Source: an uncultured Acidobacteriia bacterium (lineage in GTDB: Bacteria; Acidobacteriota; Terriglobia; Bryobacterales; Bryobacteraceae). Taken from it: a DNA stretch of 64,000 nucleotides. Shown in pieces: positions 16,254 through 25,706 of the stretch; position 1 is the stretch's first letter, and each line of letters starts with the position of its first letter. The stretch covers positions 1,162-65,161 of the forward strand of contig CAIQWJ010000022.1 in NCBI GenBank assembly GCA_903875575.1, in the 5' to 3' direction. The translations under genes and the position numbers were made by a program. The notes under the pieces were generated by a model that saw nothing but the letters and a program-made list of their open reading frames with translations, had not been told where the DNA came from and did not search any database.

Positions 16254-17731
16254 TGAGGCGTTGCTTAGTTGCGCTGGGGTTGGTGTGGCTGCCTTGTTTG
16301 TTGCCGGCGGCCACACCGTTTTTTGTTCGGGTGACGGATGCGGAGACGGGGCGCGGGGTGTCGCTGGTGCAGTTGAGCACGCCTCGGGATGCGATCCGGT
16401 TTTGGACCGATAGTAACGGCGTCGCGGCGATCGACGATGCGACGTTCGAAGGCCACGACGTCATTTTCTATGTGAAGAGCCACGGGTATGAATTTCAGGA
16501 GAAGATCCTGGGCGAGCCGGGGGCGAAGGTTCACGTAACGGCGGGTGGCCATGCGGAACTGAAGATTCATCGGGTCAATATCGCTGAGCGGTTGTACCGC
16601 GTAACGGGCGAGGGGATCTATCGGGACAGCGTGCTGGCGGGGCTGCCGGTGCCGATCGCGCAACCGCTGCTGAATGGCGGGGTGACGGGGCAGGATACGA
16701 ATATTTCGATCGCTTACCAGGGGAAACTGTTCTGGTGCTGGGGCGATACGATGGGGCTCGCTGCGATGAGTTTCGCGGTTTCGTGTGCGACGTCGGAGAT
16801 GCCGGGGCGTGGCGGGCTTGCTGCTGAAGTTGGGGTGAATCTAAATTATTTTGTGGATACTGGCGGGTTCAGTCGCAAGATGCTGCCTTTAACGCAGCCC
16901 GGGTTGGTGTGGATTGAAGGGCTGATGACGGTTCCTGATGAGAGTGGGCGTGAGCGGCTGGTGGCGACTTATACGAGACAGCCCGGGGTTGCGCCTCCGA
17001 CGGAACGCGGGGTGGCGGTGTTCGACGATGACGCGGGGATGTTTCGCGTGTTGGGTGAGTTGCCGCTGCGGCGCGGGCACAAATCGTCGCATCCGTTTCT
17101 GGTGACGGAAAGGGGCGTGAAGTATTGGTATTTGTTCCCGCATCAGCGGGTGCGGGATGACTGGAAGGCGCTGACGGATGCGAAGGCGTGGGAGTCGTTT
17201 ACCTGTTTGCAGACGGGGGCGAAGTTTGATGCGAAGGATGTGAAGCTGGATCGTCAGGCGGATGGGAAGCTGGTTTGCGGGTGGAAGGCGGATACGGATC
17301 GCATTGAGGCGAATGAGGAGCGGGGTTTGGTGGCGCGCGGGTTGCTGAAGGCCGGGGAGACGTATTTTTCGTTGCTGGATGCGGAGACGGGGAAGGATAC
17401 TTTGGCTTCGCCGAGTTCGGTCGAGTGGAATGAGTATCGGAAGAAGTGGATTTTGCTTTCGGAGCGGACGGGGTCGGTTTATTACTCGGAAGCGGACTCG
17501 CCGACGGGGCCGTGGCTGCGCACGGTGAAGATTGTCGGGCATAACGATTACAACTTTTATAATGTGGAGCTGCATCCGTTTTTCGATGAGGATGGCGGGC
17601 GGGTGATTTATTTTGAGGGGACGTATACGGCGTCGTTTAGCGCGGCGAAGGAGTTGACGCCGAGGTATGACTACAACCAGATTATGTATCGGGTGAAGCT
17701 GGATGATGTGCGGCTGGCGGGGGCGAGATAA
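16250..17731 (+). CDS. hypothetical secreted protein
   Basis: Start overlaps the upstream stop (GTGATG). Signal peptide MMRRCLVALGLVWLPCLLPAA. The N-terminal beta-sandwich-like segment is followed by a WCWGDT-containing domain. No firm family assignment. Confidence 0.55.
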   Translation: MMRRCLVALGLVWLPCLLPAATPFFVRVTDAETGRGVSLVQLSTPRDAIRFWTDSNGVAAIDDATFEGHDVIFYVKSHGYEFQEKILGEPGAKVHVTAGGHAELKIHRVNIAERLYRVTGEGIYRDSVLAGLPVPIAQPLLNGGVTGQDTNISIAYQGKLFWCWGDTMGLAAMSFAVSCATSEMPGRGGLAAEVGVNLNYFVDTGGFSRKMLPLTQPGLVWIEGLMTVPDESGRERLVATYTRQPGVAPPTERGVAVFDDDAGMFRVLGELPLRRGHKSSHPFLVTERGVKYWYLFPHQRVRDDWKALTDAKAWESFTCLQTGAKFDAKDVKLDRQADGKLVCGWKADTDRIEANEERGLVARGLLKAGETYFSLLDAETGKDTLASPSSVEWNEYRKKWILLSERTGSVYYSEADSPTGPWLRTVKIVGHNDYNFYNVELHPFFDEDGGRVIYFEGTYTASFSAAKELTPRYDYNQIMYRVKLDDVRLAGAR

Positions 17732-17751
17732 GGCGCCGATCCTTTCTGTTG

Positions 17752-19632
17752 CTATCTCAGTTCGAATTCTGCGGTGCGAGACACAGGTTCCGGTAGCCCC
17801 TGGATTGAAGCTGTAACCTCTAAGCGGTAGACACCCGTCGCAAGGTCGGCAGACGAGATGCGGGTCGCGAATGGTACTACGGGAACGCCTTGGCGGACGT
17901 AGCTTCCAACGCCGTTCATTCCGGTATCCACTTTCACTTGTCCCGACCGCGCGTCAATAATCCGGTATTGCATTTTCAGCGTAGATGGATCAGTGGCTGG
18001 TAGCACCCCGCTGGAATCCCCAGTGTAGACTTCGGTGTAAAAATAGATCTGATCTGATCGGAGAAAGTGGCTTGTTGCCGCTGTTGTGAACTGCTTTCCG
18101 CCGGCCACCAGCAAGTGGTGGTCTTCTAAATTCGGGGCCGCCGATGTGGGTGCCGGAATCGCCAGCGCGCTGAATACGATACTGCCCATACCAAGACGTG
18201 AAGGGTTCCATGGATCCACTTCGAGAGGCATTTCAACTTTTGCGTAGGCTGCACTACTTTCATCGACTGCGATGTGAAACCGATATGTTCCGGGGGTGAT
18301 GGAGAACGTATGCTCGTAATGGTATGCAGCCTTTGTGAACGCCTCGGGGCTTTCCTGGCTCTTGAGGTCAATCGTACGGGTATCGGAGAATCGCGCCGCG
18401 ATACTTCCGTCAGCACGGGTCGCGGCTCCGTAAAAGCCGATCTGCCCATGCACTCCTGATTTGTCTTTTACGAACTTCACACCGCTCGGCGCGAAGTCCA
18501 TCGATAGCTGAACGCTCGCCAGATCGGGCCTCACATAAAAGTACGGCAGCCGAATGGCGGCATCCAGCGTAGGCACGCCTGCTCCAAACGCGCGAGTCGA
18601 TCTTTCGTCTGTGAGATCTTCCAGTCTTTCGGTGCAATATTCGTTCCGTGCCCTGGTGCCAAGGCCACGGGCAGCCACAGCCACCCGCAGCAAGTGACAA
18701 GTACCCGGTTGGGATGGAGGAGGGCTGTAGAACACCCGGTAGTATTCATCTTGCTCTCGGGCGACCGATCCTAACTGTTCCGCGAGATTGGAACCAAGCA
18801 GGAATGAGAGACCGCCCGTTCCATCAGCCAGATGCTGCGCAAAGGCCGCCGCACCATCCTGAGGTGTTTCCTGAGCGACAGTGACCACTGGCCCATCGCA
18901 GCCCCTGCATGTCCCCTGTTGCTGATACGACGCAAGGCCTGCGCTACGACTATTGCCCGTGATTACATAGATGGCAACGTTCGCCCGGTTGCAGACCGCG
19001 AGCGGTGCCTTGAAAGATGGGAATGTCGACCCCTCCGAATAGCCTCCCGTAAAAAGCAGCAGCGCCTTACGCCCGGGCGCTGAAGCAATAGAATCGCACA
19101 CGGTTGATAGGGAATCGCCTATTTTCTCGTTTGAACCAGTTCTGCCGGTAGCAACCTGAGCGTTGAGGATGGCGAGCCTCAGTGCGGCTGTAGCCGTCGT
19201 GAAATCCTGCAATACACGAGGGCCGGATGGGCTCATGCTCATAACCGCCATGTACCGATCAGAACTGGCATGCTCCGCTACAAAGGCCGCGGCGGACTTC
19301 TCACTCGCCACCTGGTCTTGAAGTGGCATCGTATTGAAGTCGAAATAGAAAACAAAGTGCTTGAATACGGCTCTCGGATCGCTGACAACCGGGATCACGC
19401 TGTTGATCTTCTGCGGTTTGCCGTCCTCCCAGACTGAAAAATCTCTTGCGTTCAACTCGCCTTGGGGGCCACTCCGCCTGCCTGTCACCGTGACGTCAAC
19501 CGGCACTTCTCTGGTTTCAACCCGAATAATGGCGGAACTCTCATCCGATGGTGATTGAGCCCATCCCCCGGACGCGAAAGTCGTGGCAAGCCAAATCAAT
19601 GATGCGAACTTCAGGAGTGGATTTCGTCTCAT
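17752..19632 (-). CDS. VWFA-related acidobacterial-type domain protein (TIGR03436-like)
   Basis: Signal MRRNPLLKFASLIWLATTFASGGWA, then IRVETREVPVDVTV...ARDFSVWEDGKPQKI, typical of the TIGR03436 N-terminus plus a VWA-like region. ATG 19632 preferred over the track start at 19668. Confidence 0.75.
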   Translation of the reverse strand: MRRNPLLKFASLIWLATTFASGGWAQSPSDESSAIIRVETREVPVDVTVTGRRSGPQGELNARDFSVWEDGKPQKINSVIPVVSDPRAVFKHFVFYFDFNTMPLQDQVASEKSAAAFVAEHASSDRYMAVMSMSPSGPRVLQDFTTATAALRLAILNAQVATGRTGSNEKIGDSLSTVCDSIASAPGRKALLLFTGGYSEGSTFPSFKAPLAVCNRANVAIYVITGNSRSAGLASYQQQGTCRGCDGPVVTVAQETPQDGAAAFAQHLADGTGGLSFLLGSNLAEQLGSVAREQDEYYRVFYSPPPSQPGTCHLLRVAVAARGLGTRARNEYCTERLEDLTDERSTRAFGAGVPTLDAAIRLPYFYVRPDLASVQLSMDFAPSGVKFVKDKSGVHGQIGFYGAATRADGSIAARFSDTRTIDLKSQESPEAFTKAAYHYEHTFSITPGTYRFHIAVDESSAAYAKVEMPLEVDPWNPSRLGMGSIVFSALAIPAPTSAAPNLEDHHLLVAGGKQFTTAATSHFLRSDQIYFYTEVYTGDSSGVLPATDPSTLKMQYRIIDARSGQVKVDTGMNGVGSYVRQGVPVVPFATRISSADLATGVYRLEVTASIQGLPEPVSRTAEFELR

Positions 19633-19928
19633 TTGATATGTCCGTGCACAATTTTCAGCCGGTACCAAATCTTTCAGGGAGGACGGTGGTCTGTAAGACT
19701 AACACGAACTATGGTCAGCTCAGATTACTACTGTATTTGGCGGAACGCAACAGTTCTTTGTGTTCTTTGACACGGCATCGGGCGTACTTAGGAGCGATGA
19801 ACCTTCAATTATCAAAGTGTCGTTGTTTGGGGCGTTGGCCCGCGATGAAGGGGTACGACAAGCGAAACCGCCTGCCCGACGCCTGCACGCGGGCGAGCTG
19901 ATGGAAAGAGCGTCAGGTGAGAGATTGG

Positions 19929-21272
19929 CTATGGTTTGTGGGGTATTGGCGGGGCGAAGAGGGAGAGATTAAAGGCTTCGCCCATGAGTTTGTAGCCCGC
20001 GTCGCCGGGGTGGAGGAGATCCGGGGAATCGGCCTCTTTGCGGAATCGCTTCGGGTCGTTGGGATCGCGAACGGCGGCGTCGAAATCCACCACTGCATCG
20101 AACTCCCCGCTGGTTCGGATGAAGGTGTTGGCCTCCATGCGGTAGGCTTCGCGCTGATCGGTGTAAGGGCTGGATCCGCCGAACGGAGTCAGGGTGCAGC
20201 CAATTACTTTCACGCCCGCGCTGTGCGCCATCGCGATCACCTGGCGATACGCCGCGATGATGTCTTCCGACTTCGCATTGCCTGTAATGTCGTTAATGCC
20301 TTCAAGGAGCGTCAGCCATGTGATGCCGGGCTGACTAAGCGCGTCATGGAAGAGGCGCACAAGGCCGCCGCCGTTGTCGCCCAGGATTCTGTTGCCGGAG
20401 ATGCCAGCGTTCACGACTGCGAGGTTCGCCGTCGCCTTGTTCTTCTGCAGGCGCGCGGCGAGGACGGCGGGCCATTCGCTGTTGGTGTTGAGCGAGGACT
20501 GGTCGCCATCGGTAATGGAATCGCCGAAGGTCACGATGGTGCCGGCATTAGCGGGCGCGAGGACGTCGACACCCTGGAGATAGTAATACGATTCGACGAT
20601 GGAGGCGGGGTCGCTGATGGCTGTCTGGCCGGTGAAGTCGCCATCCTTCGAGACGTAAGTGCTGTGGAGCGAGAAGCGGTGGTTGGTCTGGGCGCTGGTT
20701 TGTTTGGGGAAGTAGAGGCTGACGGCGAGATCGGCGAGGGGCGCGACGGTGAGGGTGACAGGGTCGCTGATGAGAGTCTGACCGGCGTAGATGGTGGGGG
20801 AGGCTTTGCCGCTGAAGGTGAGGGCGCGGTCGGAAGCGGGAATGATGGAGGAGTATTTATCGCGCAGGGCTATGTGCGCGGCACCGAGTGACACGGATGC
20901 GCCGCCGACGGCGTTCGAGACTCGGATCCGAACGCGGGTGCCGCCGAGAGTAGCGCGGACGATCATACGCACCGTCTGATTGTTGATGCCGGCGAGCGAG
21001 GGCGGGATGGGGAAGCGGCGCGCCGGGGTGCCCGGCGGAGGAGGCGGAGGAGGCGGGGGGCTCGGGACGATACCCACAAGAGGTGCCACGGGGCCCGAGG
21101 CACCACGTCCGCCGGCGTTGCCTCCGCCGGTGACTGCGTATTGTTGCGCGGTCGCCCAGGTTGCTACCCAGTGCTGCGCGGGCGCTGCCGCAACCGGTTT
21201 GGTTTGCGGCAGGGCTGTTGCGGCCAGGGCGAGGAGTGCGGTGGTGAGCAGTGCGGGTCTGGTCATGGTCAT
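19929..21272 (-). CDS. SGNH/GDSL hydrolase family protein, secreted
   Basis: Signal peptide. Block I motif IVTFGDSITDG. The later GxND-like segment is LLEGINDITG. Proline run PSPPPPPPPPPG between the N-terminal and catalytic domains. Confidence 0.8.
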   Translation of the reverse strand: MTMTRPALLTTALLALAATALPQTKPVAAAPAQHWVATWATAQQYAVTGGGNAGGRGASGPVAPLVGIVPSPPPPPPPPPGTPARRFPIPPSLAGINNQTVRMIVRATLGGTRVRIRVSNAVGGASVSLGAAHIALRDKYSSIIPASDRALTFSGKASPTIYAGQTLISDPVTLTVAPLADLAVSLYFPKQTSAQTNHRFSLHSTYVSKDGDFTGQTAISDPASIVESYYYLQGVDVLAPANAGTIVTFGDSITDGDQSSLNTNSEWPAVLAARLQKNKATANLAVVNAGISGNRILGDNGGGLVRLFHDALSQPGITWLTLLEGINDITGNAKSEDIIAAYRQVIAMAHSAGVKVIGCTLTPFGGSSPYTDQREAYRMEANTFIRTSGEFDAVVDFDAAVRDPNDPKRFRKEADSPDLLHPGDAGYKLMGEAFNLSLFAPPIPHKP

Positions 21273-22048
21273 TGTGGTGGCGCGGGCTGAAAGAGAGAGA
21301 ATATCGCACCCTGGGGGTCGGCCAGGACGGTCATGCGGCCTACGTGTTCGATGGACATCGGCCCGGCGTAGACTTTCGCGCCGAGTTGAATCGCCTGGGT
21401 GGTGGCGGCCTCGCAGTCGTCGACTTGAAAATAGATGAGCCAGTGGGGCGGTTGGTGCGGGCCGCGGTTGGCGGCCGGCGGAATGCCTCCGATGTAGTCG
21501 TTTTGGTTGAGGATGTGGAGATAGCCGCCGTCGCTCGGTTCAGTGGACCAGCCCAAGACTGCGGCGTAGAATTCGGCGGCGCGAGTGGGGTCCGGGGTGG
21601 AGAGGTCTGCCCAGCAGAAGGTGGCGTGTTCGCGCTGGATGCCGACGCCGGTGTGAGTTTTTGGTTCCCATATGGAGAAGACGGCGCCAGTGGGGTCAGC
21701 CATGGTTGCCATACGGCCGTGGGTGGCGACGTCGATGGGCGGGCAGAAGGCGCGGGCGTTGTTGGTTGCGGCGAGGGCTGCGGTGGCGTCGGCACTGGCG
21801 ACGGAGACGTAGAGATTCCAGTGGGGGGGAATTCCGAGTTTGGCTTCGTCAGGTTGGAGGGTGTAGCAGCCGGCAGCGTTGCGGTCCTGGAGGGTGAACA
21901 TTGTGTAGATGGCCTCCGGGCCCATGGGGTTGTCGCGGTACTGCCAATTGAAGAGGGCGGTGTAGAACGCTTTGGCGGCAGGTTGGTCTGAAGTGGCGAG
22001 TTCGATCCAGCAGAAGGCGCCGGGTACGTGGGAATCGACTTGCGGCAT
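21269..22048 (-). CDS. VOC (glyoxalase/bleomycin-resistance/dioxygenase) family protein, two-domain
   Basis: Two repeats of the FCW(I/A)(E/D)L...A..FY...(F/L)(N/G)W pattern. ATG at 22048 (MPQVDSHVPGAFCWIEL). The remaining upstream ~227 aa of the track ORF are Arg-rich read-through. Its stop overlaps the SGNH gene start (ATGA). Confidence 0.8.
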   Translation of the reverse strand: MPQVDSHVPGAFCWIELATSDQPAAKAFYTALFNWQYRDNPMGPEAIYTMFTLQDRNAAGCYTLQPDEAKLGIPPHWNLYVSVASADATAALAATNNARAFCPPIDVATHGRMATMADPTGAVFSIWEPKTHTGVGIQREHATFCWADLSTPDPTRAAEFYAAVLGWSTEPSDGGYLHILNQNDYIGGIPPAANRGPHQPPHWLIYFQVDDCEAATTQAIQLGAKVYAGPMSIEHVGRMTVLADPQGAIFSLFQPAPPQ

Positions 22049-22204
22049 AACGGCAAGTATATGCGACCTGGGTTTGGTGCTTATGCAGCAATTGAACCAC
22101 CAGGCGAAGGGTGGAGGCGGAAGCTGGCCCTTTGTTTGCACCATTCCGAATAGCGAATAACTGGTGCCGCAGTTGCACTGGCAGGGTTGAGGTTTTAAAC
22201 ACAA

Positions 22205-22723
22205 ATGAGACGATCGGTCTATTTTCTGACAATGGTTGCGATGCTCGCGATTCCGGCGGGAATGTCCGCGAAGCCGGTGCGTTCGACATCTGAAAGTGTG
22301 CGCAGGGAACTGGCGATGCTGCCCCGTTACGGCGTCTTCGATACGCTTGCATATCAGATTGACGGCGGGGTGGTGACGTTGACCGGGCAGGTGACTGAGC
22401 CTGTGGTTCAGGCGGATGCAGAAGCTGCCGTGCGGCGGGTGGATGGCGTAACAAAGGTGATCGACAAGATCGAGGTGCTGCCGCTTTCGCCGTTCGATAA
22501 CCGAATTCGTTTGGCGGCATATCGGGCTGTGTACGGCGCTCCGAGTCTTTCGGCGCGCTACGGACTGGGCGCGGTGCCTGCGATTCGAATTATCGTGAAG
22601 AACGGTCGGGTTCGGCTGGAGGGAGTCGTCGCGAATGAAGCGGACCGTGTGGTCGCGGGGATGCGGGCGAATTCGGTGGCGGGTGCGTTTGAGGTACAAA
22701 ACGAATTGACCGTTGCGCGGTGA
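22205..22723 (+). CDS. BON domain protein (two BON domains), secreted
   Basis: Signal MRRSVYFLTMVAMLAIPAGMSA. Two BON-like units (VVTLTGQVTEPVVQADAEAAVRRVDGVTKVIDKIEV and RVRLEGVVANEADRVVAGMRANSVAGAFEVQNELTV). Confidence 0.8.
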   Translation: MRRSVYFLTMVAMLAIPAGMSAKPVRSTSESVRRELAMLPRYGVFDTLAYQIDGGVVTLTGQVTEPVVQADAEAAVRRVDGVTKVIDKIEVLPLSPFDNRIRLAAYRAVYGAPSLSARYGLGAVPAIRIIVKNGRVRLEGVVANEADRVVAGMRANSVAGAFEVQNELTVAR

Positions 22724-22735
22724 TCCCAAACGGAA

Positions 22736-23499
22736 TTAGCCCTCAGTGGGGACGCGGTTGGCACGGTCGACGATCAGAACCTCAATGGGTTCCTTTTTCG
22801 GCTCCAGCTTTAGTCCCAGTTGTTGCTCGACAGCCGTGAAGACATCCGGCATTTCCGAGCCTCCAGCGCCATCCGCCGTCTGTGCCGGTACCGGTGTGTA
22901 CATCAGCATGAAACTATAGCTGCCTTTCACACCGGTCTTGTCCAGGACGGGCCGTTCAGCGGACGCGGTCAGGCGGAGCGCAAACTGCGGTATGGTGACG
23001 ACACCGTCGGAGACGATTGCCGCAATGTTCATGGAGCCTCCGGGCCTGCGAGGTGGCGTTGGATGCTCGGGATCGAAGAGAGACATCTTCAGGCCGCTCC
23101 TGGCAACAATCATGTGGAATACCGACATTTCCTTCATCTCGCTGTGAATCGCGAGATGGAAGCGATCTTTCAGCAGGTTCTGAAGCATGGGCATCAGGTC
23201 GCGATTGGGAACACCTTGTGGCGATTTGCCCGCGAGGTCATACCGGTCTGAATCGAGCCACGCGGGACCTGTAATCCGGGATTCGCTCAAATCATATGCT
23301 GTACGAAGTAACCTCTTCAGGGTTACATTCCGGGCCGCGCGGAGCGTGCCGTTTCTCAGTTCGGGAAAGACTGCGATGTTGTCACCCGTGTTGTTGCTAT
23401 TGACGGTGGCGACTTCAAAGGCGGGCGACTGCGCCGGGAGCGAGGGGCAACGACTCCGGCAATGCCAAGGCAGGCAAGAAATTCGGTGCAGATTCGCAT
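22736..23499 (-). CDS. TIGR03435-type protein with an apparent 1-nt frameshift between signal peptide and mature domain
   Basis: The mature part (AFEVATV...LKRLLRTAYDL...ITGPAWLDSDRYDL...LQNLLKDRFHL) is paralogous to 58950-59846. The only plausible signal peptide (MRICTEFLACLGIAGVVAP, ATG 23497-23499) is in another frame. Adding one G to the GGGG run at 23444-23447 (plus strand) restores MRICTEFLACLGIAGVVAPSLPAQSPAFEVATV. Confidence 0.6.
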
Positions 23500-23745
23500 G
23501 ACTATTAACCCTCCCGAATATTGACGTCGGTTTGCGACGGGGCGTGCACGGGGAACTTGCGCCTGCCTCACGAGGCGACCCATTGTGCGGCGGCCAGGTG
23601 TCGGCACCGCTCAGGTAACTGTAGCGGCCTGGTGGTGCGGCAACATGAGCGGCGGGGGGACATGCCAACAAATCGCTACCTGATAGCTGATACAATTCGA
23701 TGACGGCAGGGTGTATCACTTTTTTCTGCCGGGTCAGCAGGGAAT

Positions 23746-24024
23746 ATGGAAAAGCCAGCGCAAAACATACAAGACAGTTTTCTAAATAATGCGCGCAAAG
23801 AAAAGGGAGTAGTCACCATCTACCTCCTGAGTGGAGTCAAACTCACAGGCCGCATTAAGAGTTTTGACAAGTACTCTCTGGTACTTGAAACCAATAACCA
23901 GGAACAGCTGATTTTCAAGCACGCCATCTCGACTGTGGTTACGGTCAAGACGGTGCAGCACGCCCCCGTTGTGGTGGCAGCGCACGCACAAGCAGCGTCG
24001 GCTTCGGTCGCCGCTGAGCACTAA
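23746..24024 (+). CDS. hfq: RNA chaperone Hfq
   Basis: [57 protein letters not shown] carries the Sm1/Sm2 motifs. Confidence 0.95.
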   Translation: MEKPAQNIQDSFLNNARKEKGVVTIYLLSGVKLTGRIKSFDKYSLVLETNNQEQLIFKHAISTVVTVKTVQHAPVVVAAHAQAASASVAAEH

Positions 24025-24062
24025 CTGAGAACTGACGCATAGGATTACCTCCGACGATCTCC

Positions 24063-25427
24063 CTGGAACAATCCTCCGAACGCGCTCTTCTTGCGGGCTT
24101 TGAACGCCGCAGGGGTGCCGCCTCATCGTCCGCCGGCGAATCGTTTGCGGAACTGAGGGAACTCGCGCTGAGCGCGGGTGCCGAGGTGGTGGGCGAAACC
24201 TTTCAGGTTCGGCCTAACGCGGAGGCAGCCACATTATTCGGCGAAGGCAAAGTCGAAGAAATCAAACAATTGTCGTCAGCGCTGCAGGTGGATGTCGTGA
24301 TTGTGGATAACGACCTGACGCCAACGCAGCAGCGCAACATAGAGGCCGCGATAGCCGGGGTTGAAGGTGGGCCGCGGGTCATCGACCGCACGCAGTTGAT
24401 CCTGGATATTTTTGCCAGCCGGGCGCGCACGGCGGAAGGGCGCCTGCAGGTGGAACTGGCGCAGTTGAAGTATCTGCTGCCAAGGTTGACGGGGCAGGGT
24501 GCTTCGCTTTCGCGGCTGGGCGGTGGCATCGGCACCAGAGGGCCGGGGGAAACAAAGCTGGAGACGGATCGCAGGCGAATCGGCGTCCGCATTGCCAAAC
24601 TCGAAAGGGATCTGGAGCGCGTGCGGCGGGGACGGGCATTGCACCGGAGTAAACGCGACTCGGTTCCCGTGCCGACAGTCTCGCTGGCGGGTTACACGAA
24701 TGCCGGAAAGTCGACCCTGTTCAATCGCCTGACCTCCGCCGCAGTGCTGGCGGATGCAAAGATGTTCGCTACGCTCGATCCTACGGTGCGCGCGATTGTG
24801 CTGCCGTCGCGCCGCCGAATACTTCTGAGCGACACGGTCGGTTTTATTCGCAATCTGCCGACGACGCTGGTGCAGGCGTTTCGGGCCACGCTGGAAGAAG
24901 TGGCGGAAGCCGCGCTGATCCTGCACGTGGTGGATGCTTCCTCGGCGGATGCGGAAGTTCACGTGGCGGAGGTCTTCAGGATTCTGGCGGAGATTGGCGC
25001 TTCGGGGACGCCGCAGATTCTGGTGCTGAACAAAAGCGATTGCCTGGATACGGCAGGGGACGCTCTGAGTGCGGCTGTTCTGGCGTCGCGACTATTGCGG
25101 GATGCGGGTCGCGAAGCTGCGGAGGTGGGCGGCCAGGCGGCACCCGTACCGGCTGTTCTGGTCAGCGGTCTGACAGGCGAGGGAATCGCCGATCTATTCG
25201 CTCAGATCGACGCCGTATTGTCGTTCGACACGGTGGAGACGGTTACCTTTCATATACCTCTGTCGGATGGTGCGTCAATCGCGCTTGTGCACGAACGTGG
25301 CAAAGTGCTTGCGGAGGATTATGATGGAGAATCATGTCGAATCGTGGTACAGGCACCGGAATCTCTGCGTATGCGCCTGAGCCGGTATTTGCTGGCGTCA
25401 GAAACCCCGGCATGGCCGTCCGCCTGA
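24063..25427 (+). CDS. hflX: GTPase HflX (start codon uncertain, non-canonical)
   Basis: Motifs [55 protein letters not shown] and G1 [12 protein letters not shown]. The conserved N-terminal ERALLAGF...[16 protein letters not shown] lies upstream of the first canonical start (GTG 24186). The in-frame stop is at 24033-24035, and only ATA 24039, ATC 24057 and CTG 24063 are available. Confidence 0.85.
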   Translation: MEQSSERALLAGFERRRGAASSSAGESFAELRELALSAGAEVVGETFQVRPNAEAATLFGEGKVEEIKQLSSALQVDVVIVDNDLTPTQQRNIEAAIAGVEGGPRVIDRTQLILDIFASRARTAEGRLQVELAQLKYLLPRLTGQGASLSRLGGGIGTRGPGETKLETDRRRIGVRIAKLERDLERVRRGRALHRSKRDSVPVPTVSLAGYTNAGKSTLFNRLTSAAVLADAKMFATLDPTVRAIVLPSRRRILLSDTVGFIRNLPTTLVQAFRATLEEVAEAALILHVVDASSADAEVHVAEVFRILAEIGASGTPQILVLNKSDCLDTAGDALSAAVLASRLLRDAGREAAEVGGQAAPVPAVLVSGLTGEGIADLFAQIDAVLSFDTVETVTFHIPLSDGASIALVHERGKVLAEDYDGESCRIVVQAPESLRMRLSRYLLASETPAWPSA

Positions 25428-25706
25428 CGGTGGCCGTCTGTGGGTTCTCGCCTTGCCGCGCTGCCTGTGGAAAATTCTGTGCAAGACTGGGTAGATTTAC
25501 CTGCAAGTGCTTGTTCCGTAAGAGCTTCAGGGAGATTGAACCGAAATGCAGCATTCTGGCTAAACCTATTGACATGAGGGCGTTAGCACCGATACCGGCG
25601 AAATGCAGCGGTTTTTTTCAGGGCTGGCGCTTTTTTGCGAAATCCTGTACGATTTCCACAGTCACTCTGTGTGTGCTCTACGGCGTCACAGGGGAATCAT
25701 AACCCG

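Noticed and set aside
21269-22729. Very long N-terminal extensions of track ORFs: 21269..22729, 47157..48077, 56184..57188, 59674..62742, 9430..10473, 13262..14335, 15306..16253, 39333..40826.
   Set aside because: The upstream parts are low-complexity read-through, often antisense to a neighbouring real gene. Internal starts preceded by an SD or followed by a signal peptide give proteins of normal length for their families.
22736-23719. Taking the full 327-aa track ORF as the TIGR03435 gene.
   Set aside because: The first ~75 residues are Pro/Ser/His-rich with no signal peptide, and they run into the hfq promoter region. The intact paralog shows that the protein should begin about 20 residues before the AFEVA motif.
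25428-25706. Small RNA or small ORF in the 279-nt hflX-pgsA spacer (T-runs after gaaatgcagcgg, and a 43-codon ORF from ATG 25574).
   Set aside because: No convincing stem precedes the T-runs. The ORF lacks an RBS and has poor codon bias. Without expression data it cannot be supported.
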